Origin: an uncultured Rivularia sp.
GTDB lineage: Bacteria; Cyanobacteriota; Cyanobacteriia; Cyanobacteriales; Nostocaceae
Length of the DNA: 64,000 nt
Direction of reading: 5' to 3'
Assembly: GCA_963665115.1 (NCBI GenBank)
Contig: OY762007.1
Location: forward strand, 2,048,001 to 2,112,000
Under the pieces are notes generated by a model, which was not told the DNA's origin, did no database searches, and was given only the letters and a program-made list of their open reading frames with translations. Positions 30,672 through 41,638 of the stretch are shown here, one piece after another (within the stretch, counting starts at the first letter, position 1; the number at the start of each line of letters is the position of its first letter). The position numbers were made by a program, and so were the translations under genes.

Positions 30672-33048
30672 ATGTTACGACGCGAACCTTTAAATCCCCC
30701 TAAATATGTCTACCCCGCTGATGAATGGCGGATGGTAGAAAAGCAATATTATCCTCGTTTCCAAGCTCAAATGGAAACAATATTTTCTATTGGTAACGGT
30801 TATTTGGGAATGCGCGGTGTCTGTGATGAAGTTACACCCTGCACTGAAAATGGAACTTTTATCAATGGTTTCTATGAATCTTGGGCCTATTGTCTACGGT
30901 GAAAGAGCTTTTGGTTTTGCTAAAACCGGGCAAACTATTGTTAATGTTACCGATAGTAAGATAATCAAGCTTTTTGTTGACGATGAACCTTTCTCTCTTT
31001 CTACTGCTAATTTAATTAGTTTCGAGCGCGTACTAGATATGAAAGCCGGTATCTTGAATCGTGAAGCGGTTTGGGAAACTGCATCGGGTAAACAGGTTGC
31101 GATCAAATCCCGTCGCTTGATTTCTTTAGTACACCGGCATTTAGCGGCAATTGAATATGAAGTTACAGTTCTCAATGCTAAAGCTCCAGTGGTTATTTCT
31201 TCGGAAATGCAAAACCATAAGCATATAACTTCTAAGGATAACGATCCTCGTAAAGCAACGGGTTTAAAAGATAGAGTCTTAAATCCTCAAGTAAATTCCT
31301 GCGAAGATACACGGATTCTTCTGGGTTATATCACCAATCAAAGCAAAATAGGTCTTGTTTGTGGGGTTGAACATCAGATAGAAACGGAATGCTCCTACAC
31401 CCACAAAAGTGAGTGTTTCGAGGATGGAGGTAAAGTTGTCTTTTTTGTAGATGCTCAACCGGATATACCGATTAAGTTGATTAAATACATCAGTTACCAT
31501 ACTTCACCTGATGTTAATTCTGTTGAAGAGCTATGTACAAGGGCACAGATAACTTTAGATAGAGCCGAAAATCTAGGGTTTGCAGCAATTTTGGCAAGCC
31601 AGCAACAATACATGGATGATTTTTGGTATAGAAGTGACATCAAAATTGATGGGTTACCTTACGATAACGATGTAAATCGTGCTTTAGAGTTGCAGCAAGC
31701 AATTCGCTTTAATTTGTTTCAGATTTTGCAAGCTTCAGGTAGGGCAGAAGGAACTGGTATTCCAGCTAAAGGACTTTCGGGACAAGCTTACGAAGGCCAA
31801 TATTTCTGGGATACGGAAATTTACCTTTTACCTTTTTTGATTTACACCGCACCGCGCATTGCCAAAAATCTGCTGAAATTTCGTTACCAAATCCTTGATA
31901 AAGCCCGACAACGCGCTCGTGAGTTAAATCAAAAAGGAGCGCTGTTTCCCTGGAGAACTATCAATGGTGAGGAAGCATCGGCATATTATGCGGCGGGGAC
32001 AGCTCAATATCACATCAACGCCGACATCGCTTACGCTATCAAAAAATACGTTGAGATTACTGGAGATACCGATTTTCTCTACAACGAAGGTGTGGAAATT
32101 TTGGTGGAAACTGCCCGACTATGGCAGAATTTAGGATTTTTTAAAAATGGCAAATTCCACATTCACGGTGTCACCGGACCAGACGAATACACTGCCGTAG
32201 TAAATAATAATACCTACACCAACTTAATGGCGCGGGAAAATTTACGGTATGCCGTCCAAACGGTTGAGATTCTGCAAAACGAAGATTTAGAAAGATTTAC
32301 AGCACTCTTAGATAGAACTAACCTTGCTTTATCTGAGATTAAAGAATGGCAAAAAGCTGCCGATGCGATGTATCTTCCCTACGATCAAGTAAAAGGTATT
32401 CACCCCCAAGATGACAGTTTCCTCAGTAAAAAAGCTTGGGATTTTGAGAATACACCTACCTCAAAATATCCTTTGCTGCTACACTTTCATCCCCTAGTAA
32501 TCTACCGTCACCAAGTAATTAAACAAGTGGATGTGGTACTAGCTATGCATTTGCTGGGACAAGAATTTTCCGAAGAACAGAAAAAGCTTAATTTTGATTA
32601 TTACGATCCTTTGACAAGCGGAGATTCTTCTCTTTCGGTATCTATTCAAAGTATTGTCGCTTGTCAACTTGGATATATCGAGAAAGCTGTCAAATACGCC
32701 TATTATGCGGTATTGATGGATTTAGCGGATATTGGAGGTAACACCAAAGATGGCTGTCACATGGCTTCAATGGGTGGTTCCTGGATGGTAATGGTATACG
32801 GATTTGCCGGGATGAAAGACTACAACGGCAATTTATCTTTTAATCCCAGATTGCCCAAAGGAACAAAACGCCTACATTTTCCTTTAACAATTCGTTCTCA
32901 AAGATTAGAAGTAGACATTTGCCATGAAGCAGTAACTTATTTGTTAAGTGAAGGTTCCGAATTAAGAATCGAGCATCAAGATGAGGAGATACTTCTTCAA
33001 GTCGGAATTCCCGTTTGCATTAAGCAGAAAGTCCAGGATTATCAATGA
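30672..33048 (+). CDS. Glycoside hydrolase family 65 disaccharide phosphorylase (+1 frameshift near 30883-30885)
   Basis: FSIGNGYLGMRG, YEGQYFWDTE, GPDEY, KQVD and DSSLS motifs. Removing one G gives ESWPIVYGE. Confidence 0.88.
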
Positions 33049-33095
33049 ACAATCATCAATTACCAATGAACAATAATTGACAATTGAACATTGAC

Positions 33096-36023
33096 TTAAT
33101 TGGTTCTCAGAGGGGCATTCAACACTTTACTAATTCTTTGGCGTGTTTCTAGTAAATGCGCCTTTGTATATTCATCGTCGGAATTTACATCGTCTATTTT
33201 CTCGCCTAATTGACGCAGCTTGTACCATGCTAAGGTACGGGCATCTTCGGGTACGTTGACTTTTCGCAACACCATGTTGGCTAAAATGTCTAAATATTTT
33301 CGCTGCAATCCCCGACGTAAACTGGAGATTTCGATGTCTTTGTCTTTTGGTTTCAATACTTCCGTCCAAATGCTGTCTTGAAGCGTATTAAATAGCTCTG
33401 GCAATGTCAGTGCTTCTCCCGACTTACTTTTCAACTCAATATCTTTGAGACGAGAAAGGCGATCGCTCGAAAGTAAATCGTACAACACCATGTTCTGCAT
33501 GAATAGTACTAAGTCGTGGATGGGATAGTCCAACCGACCTACTTGAGGATTGCTTCCCCAATGCCGCCAACGTGATGGTGCTAATTTATTCAGCAGTTCG
33601 GGAGAGAAATTAAAAGCATCTTCAGCAAAGATGTAATCTCCTAATACTTCTAAGGCTTGCCGCTGTTTTTCGACAGGTACGGGTTCAAATGGCAACCGAG
33701 TTTGGTCTTTACTGGCGTAAACTCGGTAGAATGACTGACCGCCAATGTATTTTGATGTGTAGTAAATTTGTTGAAAATAGTTACTTAATACTGCACCAAA
33801 GCGATCGCGCACGTCGCTGTAACTTTCTCCTTCTAGAGGATATCGCTTGTTGATTCTATCCCACATTTTGCGAGCGTTATCCATCTGCCATTGGGAATAA
33901 AGCAGTACGTTAGAACTATTATCCCAGGCATCGGCTGTGGGATCTAAGTCGTATACGTCTTCATCTGTAGCATAGCTATACTCGGGTTTATAAGATTGGG
34001 AAGCGATTTTTCGTAAAGCTGGCTTTTCGGCGTTTGTGGACGCAGCCTTGATTTGAGAATAACCGTATTTTACTGCCCATGCATCGTATGGTCCAATTAT
34101 GCTGGGGAAATAATCTCCCTGCTTAACGCTTTCTGGGGCAATATTAGGAGGAATATAGTCCATAACCGAAGCTACTTGCCCGCGAGTACGAGTAATACTT
34201 CTGTTGTTCATTTCTTTGGGAGACAGCATGGTGCTTCCTCGGAAATTATGTCTCAAACCCAAAGTATGCCCGACTTCATGAGCAACAATCAACCGTAAAT
34301 ATTGGTGAAGATATTCTTTAGTTTCCTGACTGGTTGGTGGTAAGTCTCGCAGCAGAGAAATCGCTAATTTACCATAACCAAATTGATTGGTAGCTTCTAT
34401 TCCATAACAAAGATCGTATCTGCTAGCTAATGTAGATAAACGCTCTACAACTTCTTCTAATGCGGATAGCTCTGTAGAATCATTATTTTCTGCTTCTAAA
34501 TTATTGCTACACAATAGACGATTTTGCATCATCGCCGATAAAGAAGTAAGTTTTTTCGACTGGGTAGGTTGAACCATTTGTCGATAATCTTTCTTCAGAG
34601 AACTAACTAGACTAGCATCTATCAAGATATCTGCGTCTAGAATTTCTCCCGTCAAGGGATTAACGCGGGATGGTCCCATTGCAAAATACCCGTCAACTGT
34701 GTTAATCCAGCGGATGGTATTGTAACGGATGTCTGAGGGGTCCCAAGTGGCGGTGTCGGGCATCTGCTTGACTTGAATGGCATTTTTAAACCCAGCGGCT
34801 TCAAACGCCCGATTCCACATCAAAACGCCTTCTTTAATAGCTTCCCGATATTCGTAAGGTGTAGCGTTATCGATCCAATAAACAATCGGTTTTTTCGGTT
34901 CGGAAATACTCGCGTTTGGATATTTCTTTTCCAAATTCCACCGATTTACATAGCGCACAAATGGATCGCTGGGGTCTTTTGTAGATAAATCTCGATAAGC
35001 TGTGATGAAATAACCTACTCTTTCATCGGCTAAACGGGGTTGGTAATTATTCTCTGGTAACTGAGAAAGACTGTAATGAAGCTTGAGAGTAAAACCACGT
35101 TTATCGGCTAAGGTTTTAAATTTAGGGCTTCTTAGCTTGGTACTACCAGTCCCCGAAAAATTCAAAACGGACTGAACTTCTATATTCTGAGGAAAAACTT
35201 TAGCAGTACCAAAATAAGATGAATCTTTACTTCCCGGTACTCCCAAACTGGAAGATAATCCAGCTAAATCTGTAAGCAATAAATCCCCTAAATCGATCAG
35301 CACGCTCTTACGCTGCGGATGAATGCTTTTAATTTTGACTCTATAAAGAACAGAATCGCTGAAGGATCTAGCCAAAGAACGGACTTGAGGATCTCCTTCC
35401 TGAGTACGGAAGTTGACGTTACGAACTACAAAATGTAAATTATCACCTACACGCTCAAAGTAAAACAGAAAATCCTGCAAAGGCATTCCACTGTAAATAC
35501 CGGCTTCACCAATACCCGATTCTAAAGTTGCTGTTGCTAGATAATTTTTCTTAAACTGTGTTGGTTGAACTTCTAAATAGATTTTATTTTTTTCTTTATC
35601 CCTGTAAAGGGTAAACAAACCTTTTGAAACTTTTGTATCTTTAGTAACTTTATCGAAAGCTTTGAAAGCATCTTTTTTTGCTGGTTTCGGTTTCTTAACA
35701 GGTTTTTTATCTGCTTTATTTAATTGTAACAAAGGCTGTTGCGCTACTTTTTTTGTATCATTAACTACCCAAGTAAATTGTTCTGGCTGTACTTCTTTCT
35801 CCCCAAGTACCCATACTTTTCCTGGTGATAGTTTTTCGATACTCGCTCTCTTAATTTTGTTTACTGTACGAGAATCGTTAATTTTTTTTGCTTTACGCGA
35901 CTGCATAGCTGGATTTAACGTTACTGCAACGGCAGTCGTTGCAGCTAGTGACTTGAGACCAAAAGTTGCTACAGCTAAATACAAACCCTGTAACAAAATT
36001 AAATAAACACTCTTTTTTTTCAT
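33096..36023 (-). CDS. Secreted zinc-dependent metalloprotease (Met-zincin, DUF5117/DUF5118/EcxA-like)
   Basis: Signal-like N-terminus, PRLADERVGYF, HEVGHTLGLRHN, SVMDY Met-turn. Confidence 0.9.
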   Translation of the reverse strand: MKKKSVYLILLQGLYLAVATFGLKSLAATTAVAVTLNPAMQSRKAKKINDSRTVNKIKRASIEKLSPGKVWVLGEKEVQPEQFTWVVNDTKKVAQQPLLQLNKADKKPVKKPKPAKKDAFKAFDKVTKDTKVSKGLFTLYRDKEKNKIYLEVQPTQFKKNYLATATLESGIGEAGIYSGMPLQDFLFYFERVGDNLHFVVRNVNFRTQEGDPQVRSLARSFSDSVLYRVKIKSIHPQRKSVLIDLGDLLLTDLAGLSSSLGVPGSKDSSYFGTAKVFPQNIEVQSVLNFSGTGSTKLRSPKFKTLADKRGFTLKLHYSLSQLPENNYQPRLADERVGYFITAYRDLSTKDPSDPFVRYVNRWNLEKKYPNASISEPKKPIVYWIDNATPYEYREAIKEGVLMWNRAFEAAGFKNAIQVKQMPDTATWDPSDIRYNTIRWINTVDGYFAMGPSRVNPLTGEILDADILIDASLVSSLKKDYRQMVQPTQSKKLTSLSAMMQNRLLCSNNLEAENNDSTELSALEEVVERLSTLASRYDLCYGIEATNQFGYGKLAISLLRDLPPTSQETKEYLHQYLRLIVAHEVGHTLGLRHNFRGSTMLSPKEMNNRSITRTRGQVASVMDYIPPNIAPESVKQGDYFPSIIGPYDAWAVKYGYSQIKAASTNAEKPALRKIASQSYKPEYSYATDEDVYDLDPTADAWDNSSNVLLYSQWQMDNARKMWDRINKRYPLEGESYSDVRDRFGAVLSNYFQQIYYTSKYIGGQSFYRVYASKDQTRLPFEPVPVEKQRQALEVLGDYIFAEDAFNFSPELLNKLAPSRWRHWGSNPQVGRLDYPIHDLVLFMQNMVLYDLLSSDRLSRLKDIELKSKSGEALTLPELFNTLQDSIWTEVLKPKDKDIEISSLRRGLQRKYLDILANMVLRKVNVPEDARTLAWYKLRQLGEKIDDVNSDDEYTKAHLLETRQRISKVLNAPLRTN

Positions 36024-36425
36024 CCGAATAATCTCCGGGCTACTTAGCCTAATTCATTTGCAATGCTTACAGAGCATGAATGCATACCAGTTGCTCTCCC
36101 CTCAGTTACTCACCGTATTTATATGGTCGATCTTCAAAACTAAAAATATATTAAATGCCTTATATCAAGCAGAAACCTTTTTTGTTCGGATGAATATGAC
36201 ATCTTTTAGTTTTTTTGTCCCTTTTTGCTGTAGTATTCTTCCTAACAATTGCTTCTGTCTCAAACAGTGCGTATTAAGAACGAAAGCCGAGCAAAAAATA
36301 TACTGGGAAGATAGTATAACAATCAAATCCGGAAAATTCCGTTTTTGAGAAACGAAAAACTATTCAACTTGAGATTTTAGCAATTGGAGGATGACAAATT
36401 GTATAGCAACGGTCAGGTAGCCGTT

Positions 36426-36467
36426 ATTATACCCAATTGTAGTTTAGTTGGTCGTAGTAAATCATAC
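36426..36467 (-). promoter_or_regulatory. Canonical NtcA class II promoter (GTA-N8-TAC-N22-TATAAT)
   Basis: Minus strand GTATGATTTACTAC (36467-36454), 22 nt, TATAAT (36431-36426). A second overlapping box lies at 36457-36470. Confidence 0.65.
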
Positions 36468-36559
36468 TACTGGCTTTTTGTTTAAAAACCCACTGAGTTG
36501 AAGCAAATATTCAGGTAAGCTCTTTTTAGTTAGCTAATATATAGTATCAAAATATACAA

Positions 36560-38281
36560 ATGGTGCAGATAGAATTTCTCAAACAACTCTGGAGAAATTG
36601 TTTGAGGCAGTCTCGGTTGGAAGACGTGCTTCATACAGCATCCGGAGAAAGTAAGATAATTACGATGCCCGCACTTAGCGATCGATTGCCTTCACAACAA
36701 GTAGAGTGTAAAGAAAATAATTTGCTTTCAATTAGTTTTGAGGAAAAACTACAAGCAAGTTTAATAGAATGGGCGCAAACGAGCAATGGTTTTACATCTA
36801 ATATAGACATAGATAAGCAACAGTTTTACAAAGATATTTATGCTGTATTGTCTAATATTGCACTGAAGCCAGAAGTTGTGGAATCTGCAATAAAGCGGTT
36901 TATGACAAGCAGAAAAGCAAATCCAATAACTCTTTTTAGAAAATTAGAAGATTTTTATAATCGCTGGTGTGATGGTGAATTTATTGATGCCGCACCAGAT
37001 CGTAACTTGCCTCAAAAGCAAATGTTGCAGTTGAAACGGCAAAACATCGTTACTGGTTTGCGGAAAGTAGACATAAATACTGGACTGAATGTAATGATTT
37101 TGCTTTTAAAGTTACACAGATTTCAAGAGCAAAGTAATAAGGGACTTGCTGAAATTACTTTTTATTCATCTGGAAAGCCTGATAGCGAGAACTTTTTCAC
37201 ATCTAAGCTGCTGCGGGTAATTAACTATAGCGATTCTGTTGAAATAGGTAATTTTAGTAACGTGGTTGGCGCATTTTTAGAAGGTGCCCTGCTAGAAAAC
37301 GTTTATTTAGGGGATGCAAACCTTACAGGCGCTAATTTGAGCGGTGCCAACCTTGAAAGTGCTTATTTGGGAGACGCTAATCTTACAGGAGTACAAGCCA
37401 AAAAAACCAACCTTTCTAATGCTAACCTTGGTGATGCAAATTTAAGCGGAGCCGATATCACAGAAGCCAATCTGACTCATTGCGACTTGACTCATTGTAA
37501 TTTGAGCGGTGCCGATCTAAGCGGTGCGGATTTGAGTGGAGCGGATCTAAGCTATGCAAATCTAGCTACTGCTAATTTAGCTGGTGTAAATTTAGCTGGT
37601 GCGAATTTAACTAGTGCAAATCTTAGAGATACAGATTTGAGTGGCGCTAACCTGAAAAATTCCGTTGCTTTTGCTGCTAATTTAAGCGATGCGAACCTAA
37701 CTGGCGTGGAATTAAGCTATGCCGACTTGTGCCGCGCCGATCTTAGCGGCGTGAATCTTAGAGGCTCTACTCTTAAAGGTACAAACCTTAGCGACTCTTT
37801 ACTGTTCGGTACTAACTTTACCGAAGCTATATTACTTGCAGCCGATCTTAGCTACGCCAAACTCAATGGGGCTAACCTCAACAGCGCTAATTTGCAAGGA
37901 GCAATTATTTTAGGTGCCGATTTAGGAGGTGTTGATTTAAATAAAGTGATTCTTCACGAAGCTGACTTGAGTGGAGTAACTTTGAGCGAAGCAGATTTAA
38001 GCGGTGCGGATCTCAGCGACGCGATTTTACTTGGTACCGATTTAAGTTATGCGAATTTGCAGAGCGCTAATCTCAGCGGTAGTAATCTGACTGGGGCTAT
38101 TTTTAACGGCGCTGACTTGAGCCATACCAACCTTAGCTATGCGATTCTTGGTGGTGCCGATTTAAGTGAAGCTAACTTGGAAAATAGCAGTTGGAATGAA
38201 AATTTGGAATGGGAAAATGTTCGCGGTTTGGATAAAGCATTGAATATTCCTGAAGCTTTAAAAGATAAATTGAGACTTTAG
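36560..38281 (+). CDS. Pentapeptide repeat protein with a non-repeat N-terminal domain
   Basis: Long A(N/D)LSG-type repeat tract in the C-terminal ~310 aa. Confidence 0.9.
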   Translation: MVQIEFLKQLWRNCLRQSRLEDVLHTASGESKIITMPALSDRLPSQQVECKENNLLSISFEEKLQASLIEWAQTSNGFTSNIDIDKQQFYKDIYAVLSNIALKPEVVESAIKRFMTSRKANPITLFRKLEDFYNRWCDGEFIDAAPDRNLPQKQMLQLKRQNIVTGLRKVDINTGLNVMILLLKLHRFQEQSNKGLAEITFYSSGKPDSENFFTSKLLRVINYSDSVEIGNFSNVVGAFLEGALLENVYLGDANLTGANLSGANLESAYLGDANLTGVQAKKTNLSNANLGDANLSGADITEANLTHCDLTHCNLSGADLSGADLSGADLSYANLATANLAGVNLAGANLTSANLRDTDLSGANLKNSVAFAANLSDANLTGVELSYADLCRADLSGVNLRGSTLKGTNLSDSLLFGTNFTEAILLAADLSYAKLNGANLNSANLQGAIILGADLGGVDLNKVILHEADLSGVTLSEADLSGADLSDAILLGTDLSYANLQSANLSGSNLTGAIFNGADLSHTNLSYAILGGADLSEANLENSSWNENLEWENVRGLDKALNIPEALKDKLRL

Positions 38282-38305
38282 GTTGAACTTTAGAAAAATT
38301 TAAGC

Positions 38306-38323
38306 TTTACCAAACTTTACATT
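38306..38323 (+). promoter_or_regulatory. HLR1 (RpaB) box
   Basis: TTTACCAA-AC-TTTACATT, one mismatch to (G/T)TTACA(A/T)(A/T)-N2 direct repeat. Confidence 0.55.
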
Positions 38324-38403
38324 TATGAGGTAAACCGTTAAAGTTCATTGCGAAAACTGCCGAATAAATTTCTTTGATAATAAGTTCTGATATGCTCGCA
38401 TAA

Positions 38404-38634
38404 ATGGCAATCAAAAAGGAGAACACTGTGGCAATGGAATCAAATACCGTTACAGGTAATCAAGTAGCACGTGAAGAATTCAGCGAATATGTTGCTCACT
38501 TGCAATTTCATATGACTCTACAGGCTCGCAATCTGGTTCCAAGCCTCAAACAGAATTCGATTGACAGCCGAGGAGAACTACTTCATCAAACTCAAGCTGA
38601 TTTTGAAAAGATTATTTCTAGACAAGCATTATAA
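38404..38634 (+). CDS. Small conserved cyanobacterial protein, possibly the ATP synthase inhibitor AtpTheta (Norf1)
   Basis: EFSEYVAHLQFHMTLQARNLVP...LLHQTQADFEK; own HLR1 box and long 3' stem-loop. The family assignment is from recollection only. Confidence 0.55.
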   Translation: MAIKKENTVAMESNTVTGNQVAREEFSEYVAHLQFHMTLQARNLVPSLKQNSIDSRGELLHQTQADFEKIISRQAL

Positions 38635-38670
38635 ACCATTAACTAAACTTAACAAAAATTAAATACAATG

Positions 38671-38725
38671 AAAACAGTTCTTGTTGAGAATACTTACTTA
38701 TTATTCTCTTTAAGGGCTGTTTTTT
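38671..38725 (+). terminator. Long stem-loop terminator
   Basis: aaaacagttctt..gagaata / tattctc..aagggctgtttttt. Confidence 0.65.
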
Positions 38726-38842
38726 ATGATCAAGTGAGCAAAATCACTCTTTTGATGCAACGGTTAACAACGTAAAGCCGTTAATATAATTGCAGTACTT
38801 CTTAGTAATTACATTATATTTAAGGCTTAAGGTTGGACGGAG

Positions 38843-40099
38843 ATGAAAATGACATCATTACTTTCCCAGAATATTAATATCGTTATTCGACAAGTCCAAT
38901 ACCGGGATTTGGATGATATCGAACGTCTTTCCCAAGAGTCATTCGCAGCCCAAAACCTTTCGGAAGAACACTTTGCAACGCAGCAGGCACAAAAACTGCG
39001 GCGTAATTTTGGATTACTGAAATTTTTAAGTTGGTTTCCCAACCCCTTACAGCATCGTCTTTGCGCTTATGTAGCAGAACAAGGACGTACTATGTTGGGA
39101 ATTGTTCAGGTATCGCCATTCAATAAAACACGCAGTACTTGGCGCGTAGATCGGGTGATGCTAGAGAAATCTGTCAACAAGCAGGCAATTGGCTCTCAAC
39201 TTTTGCGCTACTGCTTTGAATCGATCTTAGAAGCTCGAACCTGGATTTTAGAAGCCAACGTCAACGACAAAGAAGCCTTAGCCCTTTATCGGCAAAACGG
39301 ATTTCAGCGTTTGGCTGAAATGACATACTGGGAAGTTGAACCAGAATTACTAGCTTCTCTGGCACAAGCAGAACCAGATTTACCTAATCTGTTACCTGTA
39401 AGTAATGCAGATGCTCAGTTACTGTATCAACTCGATACAGCATCAATGCCGCCTTTGGTACGTCAGGTATTTGATCGCCAAACTCATGATTTTAAAACTG
39501 GCTTAATCGGAGCTTTAGCCGATGCAGTTAAGCAGTGGTTGACAAAATCAGAAATAGTTAGCGGTTACGTATTTGAACCCCAAAGAAAAGCAGCAATTGG
39601 CTATTTTCAACTGAAAATCGATCGTAAAGGAGAAGCACAACACCTTGCGACCTTAACCGTTCATCCAGCATATACTTGGCTGTATCCAGAGCTACTATCT
39701 CAAATGGCTCGCATAACTCAAGATTTTCCTTCCTCTTCCCTGAAAGTTGCTTCAGCAGACTATCAGCCAGAAGGAGAAGAATATCTGGAGCAAATAGGAG
39801 CAAGTCGTATAGAACATACATTAATTATGTCTCGTTCCGTATGGCACAAAGTACGGGAATCGAAATTTGTTTCCTTAGAAGGAATTCAGCTACCAGAAAT
39901 GCTCCAAGGATTGCAGCCAGCCCGCAAACCTATACCCGGTGGAATGTTGTGGAAGCAAGAAAAAAGACGGGAAATGTTAGAGAGAGCAAAATTAAACAAA
40001 TTATCTAAATTATCCCAAGATAATATTGCTTTACCATACAAAAAAAGTAACTTAGAAGGGAATTCCCAAAAGCCTTCAACCGACAATCCACAGGAGTAA
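38843..40099 (+). CDS. Tandem GNAT-family N-acetyltransferase
   Basis: IGSQLLR and ALALYRQNGF motifs; upstream of ruvX as usual in cyanobacteria. Confidence 0.85.
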   Translation: MKMTSLLSQNINIVIRQVQYRDLDDIERLSQESFAAQNLSEEHFATQQAQKLRRNFGLLKFLSWFPNPLQHRLCAYVAEQGRTMLGIVQVSPFNKTRSTWRVDRVMLEKSVNKQAIGSQLLRYCFESILEARTWILEANVNDKEALALYRQNGFQRLAEMTYWEVEPELLASLAQAEPDLPNLLPVSNADAQLLYQLDTASMPPLVRQVFDRQTHDFKTGLIGALADAVKQWLTKSEIVSGYVFEPQRKAAIGYFQLKIDRKGEAQHLATLTVHPAYTWLYPELLSQMARITQDFPSSSLKVASADYQPEGEEYLEQIGASRIEHTLIMSRSVWHKVRESKFVSLEGIQLPEMLQGLQPARKPIPGGMLWKQEKRREMLERAKLNKLSKLSQDNIALPYKKSNLEGNSQKPSTDNPQE

Positions 40100-40103
40100 C
40101 AAC

Positions 40104-40628
40104 TTGGTTCCGCAAGAGGAAAGAGAAGATCGAGCAAACGCCCCCGAATTCTCTCACACTCCAACAAACACAAAGCAAACCTCCTATATATCCGCTTTAG
40201 GATTAGATGTAGGTCAAAAAAGAATTGGTATAGCAGGGTGCGATCGCACTGGTTTAATTGCGAGTGGAATTACCACGTTGCATCGCACATCTTTTGACCG
40301 AGATATCAAGTTATTACAGCAAATAATCCAAGAAAGAGACGTAGAAATTTTGGTAGTTGGGCTACCCTATTCTATGGACGGTTCGATAGGGTTTCAAGCG
40401 CGTCACGTGCAGAAATTTACCAAAAGAATCACAGCAATATTGAAATTACCTGTAGAATACGTAGACGAACGTTTAACTTCGTATCAAGCAGAACAAATGA
40501 TAATTGCCGAAAAACGTTCTCCTTCCCGCAACAAAGGATTAATCGATCGAAAAGCAGCAGCACTAATCCTGCAACAATGGTTAGACATGAGACGGCAGCG
40601 AATAGCATTGGATGAAAAAAACGCTTAA
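40104..40628 (+). CDS. ruvX: RuvX/YqgF nuclease
   Basis: LGLDVGQKRIGIA, VVGLP, DERLTS and IDRKAAALILQ motifs. Confidence 0.92.
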   Translation: MVPQEEREDRANAPEFSHTPTNTKQTSYISALGLDVGQKRIGIAGCDRTGLIASGITTLHRTSFDRDIKLLQQIIQERDVEILVVGLPYSMDGSIGFQARHVQKFTKRITAILKLPVEYVDERLTSYQAEQMIIAEKRSPSRNKGLIDRKAAALILQQWLDMRRQRIALDEKNA

Positions 40629-40774
40629 TTTTAAAAGCTTTTCACATGATATTCTGGATATTGCAAGAGTTAGAATTAATAATCGTTAGTATTTTACGGT
40701 GAAGAATTTTTTGCGCTCGCGATAGAGAAATCTATTTTCAAGCTGGTATTAATATTTGTTCATTTTACTCGGCT

Positions 40775-41348
40775 ATGTATCCACCTCAATTTCCAGAAGA
40801 AAACGACCGTTTCCAATCAAAATTCCATCACCTTGACTGATGAAAATGGAAGGGCACTTGAATGTTATGTCGAGCATTCGCTTGAAGTAGATGAGCAAGA
40901 GTATTTTTTATTGCTTCCTGTTGACTCACCTGTAGAAATTTTTGCTTGGCAAACCGATGGTGACGGAGAAGAAGCCGTTCTTGTCGAAGATGATGTGACA
41001 ATAGAACAGATATTTAGCACTGCTCAAGCTGTTTTATCCGAGCAAAATTTAGTTTTAAGAAACACGGCTTACGCTTTAACAGCTGCCGGAGAATTGCCGA
41101 CTATAGAAGAGTCAGACATTTTTACCTTAGAAATTGAAGACGAAGAGGCAGATTTAGAACCGGAGCAATTACAGTTATTAGCAAGTTTTTATTGCGAAGA
41201 ACAAGAATACGCAATTTACACGCCTTTAGATCCCTTGCTATTTTTTGCCCGCATAAATTCAGAAGGAACCCCAGAATTGCTTTCACCTGAAGAGTTTCGT
41301 GAATTTCAGCCATTATTAGAAGAACATCTTTTTAATGAAGTTGAATAG
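40775..41348 (+). CDS. DUF3727 family protein (+1 frameshift near 40810-40822)
   Basis: ATG at 40775 (MYPPQFPEENDR) is one base out of frame with SITLTDENGRALECYVEH; acidic protein with YTPLDPLLFFAR. Confidence 0.8.
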
Positions 41349-41403
41349 GAATTAACTTAATTTTTATTCTTAATTTCAAAGTATAAAATATTGTCAATAA
41401 TAA

Positions 41404-41590
41404 TGTAGAGACGTAGCAGTGCTACGTCTTTTTAATTTTTGACGAAGTTAGATAAATTTGCAAATTGAAAATGAAAAACGGGCAGGGATGCCCGTACCAC
41501 AAGAGTTTTTTATATTAATTTGTAGGGTGTGTTACGGCTAAAATAACTTACCGATATAAATTGCAAATTATGAAATGCCGTAACGCACCA
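41404..41590. repeat. Cluster of three REP-like hairpins
   Basis: GTAGagacgtagcagtgctacgtct (41404-41429); acgggcagggatgcccgtaCCACaagag (41478-41505); GTAGggtgtgttacggc...gccgtaacgcacc (41521-41590). Confidence 0.75.
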
Positions 41591-41638
41591 TCAATAATTA
41601 GAATAAGCCTTATAAATTATATATTTTAAAATCAAATT

